Shown one piece after another: positions 47,559 through 58,900 of a stretch of DNA of 64,000 nt. The notes under the pieces are model-generated. The model was not told the origin of the DNA and did not search any database. It saw only the letters and a program-made list of their open reading frames with translations. How positions within the stretch are numbered: the first letter of the stretch is position 1; every line of letters begins with the position of its first letter. Source of the DNA: Candidatus Aenigmatarchaeota archaeon (GTDB lineage Archaea > Aenigmatarchaeota > Aenigmatarchaeia > CG10238-14); assembly GCA_018304545.1 (NCBI GenBank), contig JAGVVZ010000003.1, positions 32,987 to 96,986 of the forward strand, given 5' to 3'. Position numbers and translations under genes: made by a program.

Positions 47559-48398
47559 ATGAAAAAAGGACTTGAAAAGATTTTATGGGTATTGTTCTTA
47601 TTATCGATAGCTGTCTTGACTGTCGATGCCATCGGTATTCATTTCATGGCAGACTTCATACGAAGCCAAGGCTTCTTCTATTTCATGGTTTCTTTCCCTG
47701 TGCTGTTATTGATACTGCATTCCATATGGGCGATGGGATATTACAGAACATTTCTTTTCATCCTAATTGCTTCAGCGACAGGGCTTATTTTTGAAGTGAT
47801 TGGAGTCAATCATACGAGTGTTTTTGGCGGCTCATATATCTACAAAAATATCGGATTTATGATTTTCAATGTGCCTTTATTAGTTCCTATATATTGGTCC
47901 GTGTTCATCTATGTCGGCTATACCCTGACATCATCTTTTCTTTTCTGGATAAATCGCGATAAACCAAACAAGTTCAAAAAAGATATCATCCTGATGATAT
48001 TAATGATTTTATTGGATGGCCTGCTTGTCACAGGCATTGATGTTTTCATGGATCCTTTGCAGGTCAAAGAAGGCACATGGACATGGATAGAAAAGGGGCC
48101 GTATTATGGGATTCCCATAGGCAATTTCATAGGATGGTTTGCTGTTACAATTATATCTGTGAGTTTATTCAGAACCTTTGAGTATTATTACCCGCAAAAA
48201 TCAGCGAATGCAGATAGATCCATATTCATAATGCCTGTAGCTTCTTATGGAATGTTTTGCATACATTTCATATCTTATGCTCTAGCATACAAAATGCCTG
48301 AATTGGTCTTGATAGGAACTTTCGTTATGATGCCTGTGGTTATTGCTAATTTGATATTGTTCGCAAATTGGAAATTATACCATAGGAAAAATGAATAG
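47559..48398 (+). CDS. polytopic membrane protein (DUF422/carotenoid-biosynthesis-associated-like?)
   Basis: 279 aa with 7-8 TM helices. The family assignment is a guess. Confidence 0.4.
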   Translation: MKKGLEKILWVLFLLSIAVLTVDAIGIHFMADFIRSQGFFYFMVSFPVLLLILHSIWAMGYYRTFLFILIASATGLIFEVIGVNHTSVFGGSYIYKNIGFMIFNVPLLVPIYWSVFIYVGYTLTSSFLFWINRDKPNKFKKDIILMILMILLDGLLVTGIDVFMDPLQVKEGTWTWIEKGPYYGIPIGNFIGWFAVTIISVSLFRTFEYYYPQKSANADRSIFIMPVASYGMFCIHFISYALAYKMPELVLIGTFVMMPVVIANLILFANWKLYHRKNE

Positions 48399-48508
48399 CT
48401 TATAATGCGGACTCTAGATAAACACTTCTGCAAATAAGGTCTATGTTCTGGAAAATGATACAAAAGTAAATACCATTGAATTTATAGATAAAAGATGTAA
48501 TTCATTTT

Positions 48509-48727
48509 ATGAAAATCGTTTATACTAATCATGCTGAAATCAGATCTCTTCAGAGAGGCATCAAAAAAGAATTGATTGAAGAAGTGATAAAGAACCCAGA
48601 TATGATATTAGATCTAGATTATGAAAGAAAGCAAGCTATTAAAAAGATAAATAAAGATAAAATCAGTGTAATATATGTTAAGGAAGGTAACAACATCACT
48701 GTTATAACCGTACATTGGGGTGAATAG
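48509..48727 (+). CDS. DUF4258-like small protein (putative toxin component)
   Basis: 72 aa. N-terminal YTNHAEIRSLQRGI pattern. Overlaps the next gene by 8 nt. Confidence 0.45.
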   Translation: MKIVYTNHAEIRSLQRGIKKELIEEVIKNPDMILDLDYERKQAIKKINKDKISVIYVKEGNNITVITVHWGE

Positions 48728-48944
48728 AATGGAGATAAGTTTGGATTTGAAGGCTGATGCTTTATATATTAAATTCCAGGATGGGAAATTCGCCAAAAAT
48801 GTAAAAATTGATAGAGATACTATTATGGATTTAGATTCTAAAGGAAGGATACTTGGCATAGAAATGCTTAATGTAACTAAAAAGATTCCAGCTGAAAATT
48901 TAGCCGATGTAAGTGTGAAATTACCGTTAAAGATTAGTTCTTAA
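48720..48944 (+). CDS. DUF2283-like small protein (putative antitoxin partner)
   Basis: 74 aa. ADALYIKF...GRILGIEM matches the DUF2283 core. Confidence 0.45.
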   Translation: MNRMEISLDLKADALYIKFQDGKFAKNVKIDRDTIMDLDSKGRILGIEMLNVTKKIPAENLADVSVKLPLKISS

Positions 48945-49578
48945 ATTTAAAATAAAGATCTGGTCAATTGCTAATTTGATACTATTTATTAACTAGAAAA
49001 TTTCTAAGAAAACCGATCGGATTTAGCAGAGAATCATAATAATGTAATCATCATATAGTAGCTACAAAATAGAAATGTTTAAATATTGAAATCAATAATT
49101 AAGTAAAAGGTTTTATCATGGCGTTTGTGGCAAGAGTTTCATTATCCGATCTGTATTTGCCTACAAGAGGATATATACACGAAGCCGGACTTAAAGATAC
49201 TTTTGGTACAGCAGAAGCTGCTGGAAATTATTTAAGACGAACGATTTTAGACAATAGTGATGTTCTTTCGCCGGAAGGTGAATCTTATACTTTCCTTATT
49301 GCAGCACTTTGAGGATATAACGGAAAACAAATTGCTGAAATAAACCGTTATATGGGATCTGAATGGCCAGGAAATCCGGATAGAAGATGCTTTGTTTTCG
49401 AAAACGGTATATGGTAGCCAAAACCTGATAGTGATAGTTGCAGCGAAACTGATATAGTCCTCGGAAGAGAACAAGAATATAGACTCGATACTCCTAATTT
49501 AGTAACTTATATGAAAGTACCACCTAATTTAGGAAAATGGGAACCTGCTGTTAGCCTATAGTTCTTTTATTTAAATAT

Positions 49579-50520
49579 CTAAACAATGCCCCATCCTCTA
49601 AATGTTAATGCACCTTGTGTGAACGCAGAAGTAAATGTCATTCTTGCATTCGTAAATTCAAGCCATTTGCTCTGGGTCAAACTAAAACCTACAGTCAGAT
49701 TGACAGCACCATCGAAAGGCAAAGCTCCGTTACATGTAGGCAAGTTTATGAAATCCGTCATATAGGTGCCTCTGTGGACTTTAAATCTCACGGTACCTGG
49801 AAAATTTGTGCCGCAAACATAAACGCTGGCATTTTTGACTCCTATATTTTTCACAATAATTGTGTTGTTAGCCAGACTAACATTGTTGAGTGGCAGTGGT
49901 GGAAAATTCAATTGGCCCGATCCGTCTGAATACTGAACCTGCAATACGGCATCGTTATCAAAAACAACTAGATTCTGAGAGAACTTGCTCAATTGAATGT
50001 TGCTTATATTGAACAGGGAATGAGTAGCATTGCTGCCTGCTATATTTGCGATAGACCGGTTTATTATATCAACCCTGAATAAAGTCAGATCCTGGAATTG
50101 CGTCTTAAAGGTTTTTTTGTTCTTGACTTTCATCAGCCCTGACCCTTCACACAATATTCTGTTGGTCTGGAAACTGGAGCAAGAAGATGCATTAAGCATC
50201 ACCAGCCCTATCTCTACTGGCTCTTTGATCAGCTGCGTCACATTAGCAACCTTGTACCTGAAAACCTTTGGAGTTAATTGCGTACCGGTGCTGATATAGG
50301 TGGCGTTAGCCGCGAATGAGGACGAGGTGATGTTATAGAAAAACCCGCTGAATGTGCTTTTCTTAGGTGTATAAGCAGTTATGTTGGCGTTGGATGAATT
50401 AAGGGAGTTTATTGTCCCGTCCGTACCGAATACATCAAAAGACACTGATGCTGCGTTGGCAGACGCAGCTAAAAAAAGAAAGAAAAAGCTAAAAATTAAA
50501 ATGGAGGTGCTTGTCCGCAT
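49579..50520 (-). CDS. secreted Asn/Thr/Ser-rich beta-rich protein
   Basis: Signal peptide ILIFSFFFLFLAASANA. Many N-x-S/T sequons. No anchor. Confidence 0.5.
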   Translation of the reverse strand: MRTSTSILIFSFFFLFLAASANAASVSFDVFGTDGTINSLNSSNANITAYTPKKSTFSGFFYNITSSSFAANATYISTGTQLTPKVFRYKVANVTQLIKEPVEIGLVMLNASSCSSFQTNRILCEGSGLMKVKNKKTFKTQFQDLTLFRVDIINRSIANIAGSNATHSLFNISNIQLSKFSQNLVVFDNDAVLQVQYSDGSGQLNFPPLPLNNVSLANNTIIVKNIGVKNASVYVCGTNFPGTVRFKVHRGTYMTDFINLPTCNGALPFDGAVNLTVGFSLTQSKWLEFTNARMTFTSAFTQGALTFRGWGIV

Positions 50521-51122
50521 AACATCATTCTATTTTGCATTAATTTTATTTCTGGTTCAGATAAATCAAATAATTACCAAATAAGAATAATTTTATCTTA
50601 TTATAAGAAAAGAATTTCTATTATAGAGTAAATAAGTTTATATCTACTATATAATGATTCTGATAGGAAAAAGAAAGAATATTTCTATTTTATAGGAAAA
50701 AATATTCGTTTTAAGAGGAAATTTATTACAGAATAATCGCAAAATATATACACGTATCCTCGACACTTTGAGGAAAATTTTTAGGTTCAGATAAAGTTAA
50801 ATATAATTTCTGAACAATAAAGATATGCAAAAACTCATCTTAACGCCGGAAGAATGTGGCGAACTGGGTCATATGTCGCCAGAAAACACGGATATGATCT
50901 CGAAGCGTATGAAGTGACAGATCCTCGAGATATCATCCATCACACGCCTCACAAAAGTTATGGCGAGACTGGACTTGGGGGCGTGCTGGAAGCATATGAT
51001 AGACAGCACTTACTGATTGATATATGCAGATCTCGAGGAGTTACATGCATTGACGATCTGATAAGAATTTATTCTGAATAATATGTTGCATAAAAACAAT
51101 AAACAATACTATAAAATTTGAT

Positions 51123-53060
51123 TTATCTTCTACAAATTTTGGGTGTAAATGATCCTATATGATATCCTGGCATCAAATATGGTGAAGGCGCCGTACAATT
51201 AGTTGCACCGCACTGGCCAACCGTGCATGTTCTATCACACGTCTCCCATGGATTCAAGCACCTGTCTGCCTCAAACTGATTGACATTGCTATTGCAAAAT
51301 CCTCCACATTTGGCGCAGAAATTGCATCCTGCCACCCTGCATCTCGAGTTCGACGGGCATTCGTTGCAATCAATATTCAAAGATTTGAAATCCTGTTCAC
51401 CTTCGTCCAAGAAATCTGAATCCATATTTTTGTCTATGCATGCGTATATCTCTGTCGGGCCTATTGTCTTTGGTGATAATATTCTCCTCTCGCATCCACC
51501 ATTTCTTAATATACATCTCGTCAGTTCTTGTCCATCGCAACTTTCCAATCTGAACGAAACAAGTTTTCTATCGCAATTGATCATACCGTGAGCCCTCAAA
51601 GCAATCCTATCTCTCGGGCATACTCTGTCATCATCTATCTCTAAATTAATGAATCCGTCGCAAGCAAGAACACACTCGCCATCCTCGCATTGAGTTCCCG
51701 GCAGACAATTTTCAGTTTGAGAATGAGATTGACTGACGCATATACATGAAGTAGAATTGACATAATAATCCGTGCCTGATCTCATTCTTGTATCAGAATC
51801 TACGCATTCCCATGTCCCTTTTCTGTCTTTATAGTCGCACTTAAATTCCGTCTGTACAGGTCGATTGCCTATGCACAATGTTCGTAAAGCATCTGGATCA
51901 TCCCAACACATTACATCCCCACCGCCTTGACAAGATGGAACACAAGGAATTGTAGTGGTTGTTGTACTGGTTGTAGTGGTACTGGTAGATGTGGTGGTTG
52001 GTGGTAGAGTTGTTGTCGTGCTAGTGCTGGTTGTGGTTGTTGGTGGTAGAGTTGTTGTGGTAGATGTGGTTGTAGTTGAAGTTGTTGTAGTGCTTGTAGT
52101 TGTTGTCGGGGGTGGCGAAGCACATCCGGTTGTCAATGCATAGATTTTTTTTTCGGGTGTGTCTGTTGACAGAGTCCATGAAGAACCGTCGAATACATAT
52201 ATTCTGCCGTTAATTGAAGTGCCTGCATATAATTTGCCCTGGAATGTCTTTAATACGGCAATATTGTCTTCAGCCGTATCTGTTGACAGAGTCCATGAAG
52301 AACCGTCGAATACTCTTACAGTTCCGCCTGGGAATCCGCCCACATATAATTTGCCACTATAAACTTCAGATGAATATAATCTCTGCTCAGGAAAATCTGC
52401 TTCTAAAACCCATGAAGAGCCGTCAGATGACGAGTAAACTCTTCCGTCATCACCCGTAGTTGCATATAATTTGCCGTTGTAAACTTCCAATGAGAATATC
52501 CATGATTCAGCCAAATCTGCGGCTAAAGTCCAGGAAGAGCCGTCAAATACGAAAATCATTCCGTTGTAACCAGTACCGGCATATAACTTCCCGTTGAATA
52601 CAGCCATGGAAAGTATGTAAGCTTCAGACAAAGACTGGCTTAACGACCAAGAAGAACCGTCAGTAGAGGAATATATGGTAGCAGTTGGATCGATACCAGC
52701 ATAAACTTTGCTGTTGAACGGGCATAACGTTTCTGTATATGTTTGTGCACTGTCAAAAACAGTAGACCATGAAGAACCGTCGAACTTTAAGACTCTACCT
52801 TCTAGTGCCGTGCCTGCGTATATGTTATTATTGAAAGTTGTTAATGCCCATATTTTTGTTTCGTCACTGTCATGAGAAACGGACCATGAAGAACCGTCGA
52901 ACACATATATTCTGCCGTTATCACCTGTAGCCGCATATAGCTTATTTTCAACTAGAGGTGACGGACAGAAAGAACATGTATCATCTGCTAATGCAATGTT
53001 CACACTAATTAAAATTGTTAACAATACCATGCTTAACTGAATAATTTTTTTATTAATCAT
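51123..53060 (-). CDS. secreted protein: 7-blade DGSSW-repeat beta-propeller + PT linker + Cys-rich C-domain
   Basis: Seven ~45-aa repeats (GKLYAGT..G.IYVFDGSSWTLS.D). Linker TTTTSTTTTSTTTTSTTTTLPPTTTT. More than 40 Cys in the C-terminal 270 aa. Confidence 0.6.
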   Translation of the reverse strand: MINKKIIQLSMVLLTILISVNIALADDTCSFCPSPLVENKLYAATGDNGRIYVFDGSSWSVSHDSDETKIWALTTFNNNIYAGTALEGRVLKFDGSSWSTVFDSAQTYTETLCPFNSKVYAGIDPTATIYSSTDGSSWSLSQSLSEAYILSMAVFNGKLYAGTGYNGMIFVFDGSSWTLAADLAESWIFSLEVYNGKLYATTGDDGRVYSSSDGSSWVLEADFPEQRLYSSEVYSGKLYVGGFPGGTVRVFDGSSWTLSTDTAEDNIAVLKTFQGKLYAGTSINGRIYVFDGSSWTLSTDTPEKKIYALTTGCASPPPTTTTSTTTTSTTTTSTTTTLPPTTTTSTSTTTTLPPTTTSTSTTTTSTTTTTIPCVPSCQGGGDVMCWDDPDALRTLCIGNRPVQTEFKCDYKDRKGTWECVDSDTRMRSGTDYYVNSTSCICVSQSHSQTENCLPGTQCEDGECVLACDGFINLEIDDDRVCPRDRIALRAHGMINCDRKLVSFRLESCDGQELTRCILRNGGCERRILSPKTIGPTEIYACIDKNMDSDFLDEGEQDFKSLNIDCNECPSNSRCRVAGCNFCAKCGGFCNSNVNQFEADRCLNPWETCDRTCTVGQCGATNCTAPSPYLMPGYHIGSFTPKICRR

Positions 53061-53822
53061 CTAATCATCTGGTTTTGATGGTGTTGATGCTGGTGGCGGG
53101 TTCGTTGCGGGTGGTGGCGGTTGATCTGTTTTTTTTGGTGGTGGTTGATCACAGTTTTGAGTACATGGTGGTTCTGGCGGTGGAGCTGGCGTGTCTGTTA
53201 TAGGACATGCCTCTTGAGGTAGCCAAAACTTTTCAACAACTTCTCCATTCGGACCACGTTTCTCGTACCAACTACCCAAAGGATCGCATCCTACTCTTAC
53301 TGTCGTTGTGACTACTACTGTGGAGGTTGGAGTTGGCGTCCTAGTATAGAACGCTCTGGTAACTGTTGGACGAACTTGTTGATTATAAAATGTTATTATT
53401 GCCTGATATAATTTTCCGATATCTGCAGCTCCAATCGTTACATCATAACAAGTTTTACCAATAGATCTCCAGTTAGGGCCTCCTTGAACTTCACAAATTC
53501 TATGATCACCTTGAGCTAAAGGAATAAACGCTACGCCATCACTACCTGTACTATATCTACTACCTCCGTCAACTTCAATTTCCCATCCGGGAACAAGTTG
53601 TTCTCCCTCGTCCCATCTACCATTTCCATTGGAATCATGAACTTTTTGAACCTTAACATATGCCTGAGCAGGTGTTGCAGAAGCGGATGGTGATGATGTA
53701 TAAGTTGGAGGAGGTGTATTTGAAGGGTTTGGTGTGTTAGTTCTTGTAGAAGTGGGAGAAGATGTAGGACTGCCCACAGAATAAGATGTCGGTCTAGCAC
53801 TTGCAGATCCGCCAAAATACAC
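53061..53822 (-). CDS. Pro/Thr-rich secreted protein (start uncertain)
   Basis: The called start is a GTG. The in-frame upstream 25 codons encode a signal-peptide-like LLIVSNALSWLVTAALAFQV but contain no ATG/GTG/TTG. Its stop abuts the 51123..53060 gene. Confidence 0.45.
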   Translation of the reverse strand: MYFGGSASARPTSYSVGSPTSSPTSTRTNTPNPSNTPPPTYTSSPSASATPAQAYVKVQKVHDSNGNGRWDEGEQLVPGWEIEVDGGSRYSTGSDGVAFIPLAQGDHRICEVQGGPNWRSIGKTCYDVTIGAADIGKLYQAIITFYNQQVRPTVTRAFYTRTPTPTSTVVVTTTVRVGCDPLGSWYEKRGPNGEVVEKFWLPQEACPITDTPAPPPEPPCTQNCDQPPPKKTDQPPPPATNPPPASTPSKPDD

Positions 53823-54007
53823 TTGAAAAGCTAAAGCAGCTGTTACAAGCCAGCTAAGAGCATTAGAGACTATGAGTAATGGATGATAATGTCTTTGTTG
53901 TATTTCAATCTACCTAAGATGTGTATATGTTATAACTTACTGGGAAATACTATTTATACCGAATTCAAACGAAAATGAAAAAATATGTCACGACTATAAA
54001 GAAACGA

Positions 54008-55489
54008 CTAAACGATCTTTTTGTTCTTAATTGGGATGTCTGTTACGCTAAACACATCGTTCCAAAAGTCCCCACCTTGGACGCTTGCCTTCTTGCCGTT
54101 TACAGCAACAACCATCTTGTCTAAGTTATGCTTCATGGGAGCTTCTCCCGTCTTCTTGTTCGATATCATGACCCATCCGCTTCCTTCGCAATATATCTTG
54201 TTGTTTCTGGCAGAGCAATCGTCATAATTGTTCATTACAGCTGTTACGACAACAGGCTGTTTCTTCATTAATACTATTTCTTCTCCGCCTTTCATTACAA
54301 TTTTCTCCACATCCATTTGCCCCGTTATCACAACTCTGGTCATGCCAGCATATTTCGGATCTCCTAAGCTGAAGAAATAACCATCTAGTCCTGTTTTTTT
54401 ATGATTAAAATCGTTTAAATCCAAATGAGGTATTTTATGGATCACGCCTTTAGATGATGAAGTGCTGTTGATCATATATTTCCCAAACAATTTTTCAGGT
54501 GGCTTGATTACAGTGAAGTTTGTTATGCCGTCAAACAATAGGCTTGGGGAAATGCCACCGGACACATTTAATAAGAATGTGAATGTCTCTTCACCCATAA
54601 TATCTGTGAAATATTTTTCATCCATTTCTCCTCTGTTGAATCTGATCTGCAAATCCTCTATGCTGTCTAAATCATAATCGCCTATATGAGAGAATGACAG
54701 ATCGGGATATGACACATCTGACTTGTCAACAACTGCCAATGAAATTGTTGACATGTTGATATCATTTACGCTACCCTCGTTCATCTCAATAAAACAATTT
54801 ATCCATTCTATTTGACTGCCAACACTCAAAGGATTTGGCCTGCAATCAACCATGGCAGGTAAAACCACTGTCTTGTTTACATATGCGACAACCAGTTTAG
54901 GAGTCAACGACATATTAGATGCTTCCCTGGAATTGAATATTGCCTCTCTGCCAACAGTTGAATTTTCATCCATATCTTTGACTCTCCATCCGTAATTAGC
55001 ACTGCCGTTGTGCATTATCATTACATGATCTGTTACGTTCCACGACAACCAGACATTGTTCGTGGTCCCTGTATTATTTGTCACCACGCTACCCATAACA
55101 CCTGGCTGGTTATTCCAAGTCATTTCACCTGCAGGATTATTGTCTGATCCTCCATTACCTTCCACCCATGCTGCATTAACTTGCTGAACTTCGTATGTTC
55201 TCGAAACGCCTGGAGCATCTTTCATAAATAACATGAGCCAAGCCCCTTTGATTTCAGCGTTCAACTGCAAGGACGAGATATTGAAATATAAGAATGATCT
55301 CATATCATTATCCACATCAGATCTCACATTCAAATTAACACTGTCTCCAAAATTTTTGTTTTGATCTGCCAACTCAACTCTCGCATCCATAGATGATGAC
55401 AAGGAAACTGTCTCTAAAGCAAAGGAAACTGGAACAAGAATAGGAACTAATATCAGTGCCAATATAAAAGCATCAAAAATCTTTTTCAT
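54008..55489 (-). CDS. secreted beta-rich hypothetical protein
   Basis: Signal peptide MKKIFDAFILALILVPILVPVSFA. 493 aa. Confidence 0.5.
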   Translation of the reverse strand: MKKIFDAFILALILVPILVPVSFALETVSLSSSMDARVELADQNKNFGDSVNLNVRSDVDNDMRSFLYFNISSLQLNAEIKGAWLMLFMKDAPGVSRTYEVQQVNAAWVEGNGGSDNNPAGEMTWNNQPGVMGSVVTNNTGTTNNVWLSWNVTDHVMIMHNGSANYGWRVKDMDENSTVGREAIFNSREASNMSLTPKLVVAYVNKTVVLPAMVDCRPNPLSVGSQIEWINCFIEMNEGSVNDINMSTISLAVVDKSDVSYPDLSFSHIGDYDLDSIEDLQIRFNRGEMDEKYFTDIMGEETFTFLLNVSGGISPSLLFDGITNFTVIKPPEKLFGKYMINSTSSSKGVIHKIPHLDLNDFNHKKTGLDGYFFSLGDPKYAGMTRVVITGQMDVEKIVMKGGEEIVLMKKQPVVVTAVMNNYDDCSARNNKIYCEGSGWVMISNKKTGEAPMKHNLDKMVVAVNGKKASVQGGDFWNDVFSVTDIPIKNKKIV

Positions 55490-55983
55490 GGTAATTATAT
55501 AGAAAGAAAATCATTTATAATTCACTGCAAATTTGTAACTCTTTAGTTGTAATTGCAATGATTTCTTTCAAATAGAAAGTAGCATTTTTAGTGTCAGAAA
55601 TTTAAAGTTTGCTTCACAAAAATATTATAAAATATGGTTTATTAGAGTGATGAAGATGGGTTATGGAAAAAGGAGTGGACTAAGTTTGGCAGAAAGAATA
55701 CTAAGAGATCCGGAATATAAACCAGAAGACGGACATTATGAAACTTTAGCAGGACAGTTGAAATCTTGTCAACCAGATACAGATGTCTATAGAACTATTC
55801 AATCCGCAATGGAAAGGGCAAAAATATTTAGATCTAAACGAGGTTCTCTCCCAGATTCTTCTTTTTTATACAGGCTAAAATGATAGATCTTATTACTAAG
55901 TCATAATTTTTAGTATAACTTATCGTAAACATTCTTTGACTTTCTTTTCAATTCTACTATAACATTTCAAACAAACAGAAAAC

Positions 55984-58900
55984 TCATTTCTTCTTTTTTG
56001 GGACTTCGGCGGTATTCATTGCAACAAGTCTCCATATAATAAGACCTACTATAATTAGAACAGCGCCTATGGCAATCATCCATTTCATCTGGGATACTGT
56101 AAGCTGAGGCTTTGGCAATGATTCTGGCAATTTAATCTCTGGCAATGTGGGGATCGTTCTTCTCACAGTAGTTGATGTCGTGACAACTGGCATAACAGTT
56201 GTTGTGGGCAATGACATCAATGTCGTAGTTGTCGCTGCAGTTTCGTCTGACGTTATGACAAACGTAGATAACCCAGGAGACTCTGCCTCATATTCATATG
56301 TATCGTTAACAGCCGACAGTATTGTTGTCTTCAATTTCTGCCATTCACCGTCAGCATATCTATTCAGCACAACCTTCATCGGATCAACATTATTAGCTGT
56401 CAGCCATGATTTGTTAACAGCAAATTTTAATTTGGCCATGTTTAAATTATCATCAGTCAGCCCTGTCTTCGTAATTTCCATATATTGGTACACTTTACCA
56501 GTAGTCTCTCTTGTTATAGAAACTGGTTTGTTATCCAACCTCTCAACAGTCATTCTAACTGTGTTAGCTTTATTCTTGACTTCAAGATGCATCTCCACAA
56601 GACCAACACCTTTTGTAGTGACAGTCCATTTATTTACTTTATCCGGAGAAACTTCAGAGAATACTGTACTAACCTTTCTCACCGCGACTGCTTTTGCTGT
56701 AGCACCTCCACCGCCCCCTCCACCGCCACTACTGCTTGTGCTAGCAACTGTGGTGGTAGTGGCTGAAGTAGAACTCACTTTATACGTAGAGAAGCCTAGT
56801 GATATTGGAATCGTGCATGTTGTTGATGACGCGCCAAAAACGCACGTAGCATATGATGAAACATCTACGCAATTGCTGCCTTGATCATCGCATTTCTCTA
56901 TCTTGCTTGCTGTTGTTCCGAACGTAAGCACTACGGAATCTACACCTAAATCATAGAGCATTTTCTGCCATTTGGTTGAATTAACACCGAGAAGCTTGTT
57001 GGTTGAATCGCAAGTGAATGCATTCTCTAGTTCTAATGTTTTTGCTTTCATCAAATCTGCACCAACGAAGGTGATATTATATCCTGTTGCAGGACAGTTG
57101 ACTGTAATATTAATACTCTTTCCTGTCGTGGCATTGGTTTTCGTAGCTGTGGAAAAGTCAGAATTATCCATCCCTAGATCCGGTATGTCTACACTGAATC
57201 CTTCATCTACTTCCATCTTGAACAAGAAGTCGTTCTCAAAATCATCTGTCGTGAAGTTCGAACATGCACTGACAGCACAATTATTTGAAGGATCGCAAAC
57301 TCTCAGCTTATAGAAGTAAGATGTTGCATTAGCTAAATTATATCCTAACGCGTTCGGGTTGCCCTCGAAATTATCCGCAGCAGCTGCATGGAATGGTTTG
57401 TAATCATCAAAGGTGTAACCCGGCATACCCAAGTCATTAAGCGCTCTGTAGCCATTGGCAGATGTAGTATTGCTGCATGTACTATCTGACTTGAAGAATT
57501 GGACAGTACCGTTGGCAGGTTCATCTGTATTGAATACGAGGAAAGCGCCGTCAGTATAGACATCAATCTGAGTATAAGTCATCTTTGGAGATGTATTGTC
57601 ATCTGCGTCTGCAAGAAAGTTCATCGTGCCTCCGCATTCTGGTTTAGGATCACATTGGACATCGTCACAATCTACAGCACCATCTCCGTCATCATCTTTA
57701 TCATTAATGCAGTCTTCTGTCGGCACATAACCGAACTGCTTAACGAACTTGCAATCTGGATCTTTATCTGATGTGATACCATCATCATCCAAATCAGCAC
57801 CTGGACACGTACAGCATTCAAATTTGAAGTCTACGGAACCTGGTGTGTAGAAAGACGGGCCCACAGCATCAGAAGGAACTGTTAAATTATGAACAGCATC
57901 TGCCATTGTTCCAAATACTCTCATTGTTTTGGTCTTATTATATAATGTAGAGAATTTTCCGAGATCTTCCTTATCAACTGCTATCATCGGTCCATTGATC
58001 TCGCCACACATTAATTGTCTGAAACCTGTTGCAGCAATATTTGTCTGAACCCATGTTTGATTAGAGCATAAACTGAATGATCTTGTCTCTTTCAATTCAC
58101 TATCGGCCCATTCACCCACGTATCTTAACCTAAACTCAAATCCAAGATGAGTATTGCCTAAATCATCAGTGACATTACAACCATTTGTATTAACTCCATC
58201 TGTATCCAAGAATACATTCATTTTTGTTGTGTTCCTCCCGGTACCCGTAACACCAGACTGAGTAAACATACCATTGCAGATAGCAGAATCTCTGAAGCTA
58301 ACCACTCCAAGACCGAATCCGTATGCATCGCCCATATCTTTCATTCCATATCCACAAATATCAACTTCCTCTTCTTTACCGCTCTCAGGACATTGATCAT
58401 CTCCCAACATGGCAGGCGGACTTGGATCTATTTTTTCAAACATTTTCATCGTTCCTTTGTCATTGCACCATCCCTGATTGATGCCTACGCCAGGACCGTT
58501 TGGATCTGGGAACCATTGACATGTGAAAGCGGCATCACAAGCTGTCTTGTTGCCGTCACGATTAGGACAATCACCCATAATAATTGTTGGTTCACAGTGA
58601 GTTTCTTGTAATGTACAATTAGCATTTGCAGAACATTCTGCATTTGTTATGTCACGACTAAAGCAAATAGGATCACACCATCCGCCATCTGGTGAAAATT
58701 CATCTTCTATCCAAACACATGTTGGGTTCTCCCCACAAGCTGTTTCGTTGTCATCATGTACAACACAATTGCCGAATATCTTGGATTCACAGAATTGTTG
58801 AATAAAGCCACCAAATCCTTGCTCAACAGTCCATGTACAGAGAGGATTTGCGGCACATGAAGTTTGATTAAATAGCGAGAAACAAGGTTCTTCCCTTGTC

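Noticed and set aside
47222-47632. Full-length 136-aa minus-strand ORF
   Set aside because: Its first 46 codons overlap the start of the opposite-strand membrane protein gene. I kept only the portion from the internal Met, and that at low confidence.
51955-52143. Poly-Val ORF (VVVLVVVV...)
   Set aside because: It is the reverse-frame reading of the Thr/Ser/Pro linker repeats of the propeller protein gene.
56147-56884. 245-aa plus-strand ORF (and several 60-110-aa ORFs) inside the 1650-aa gene
   Set aside because: These are antisense shadow ORFs produced by the codon bias of the real minus-strand gene. Their products are V/T-rich and implausible.
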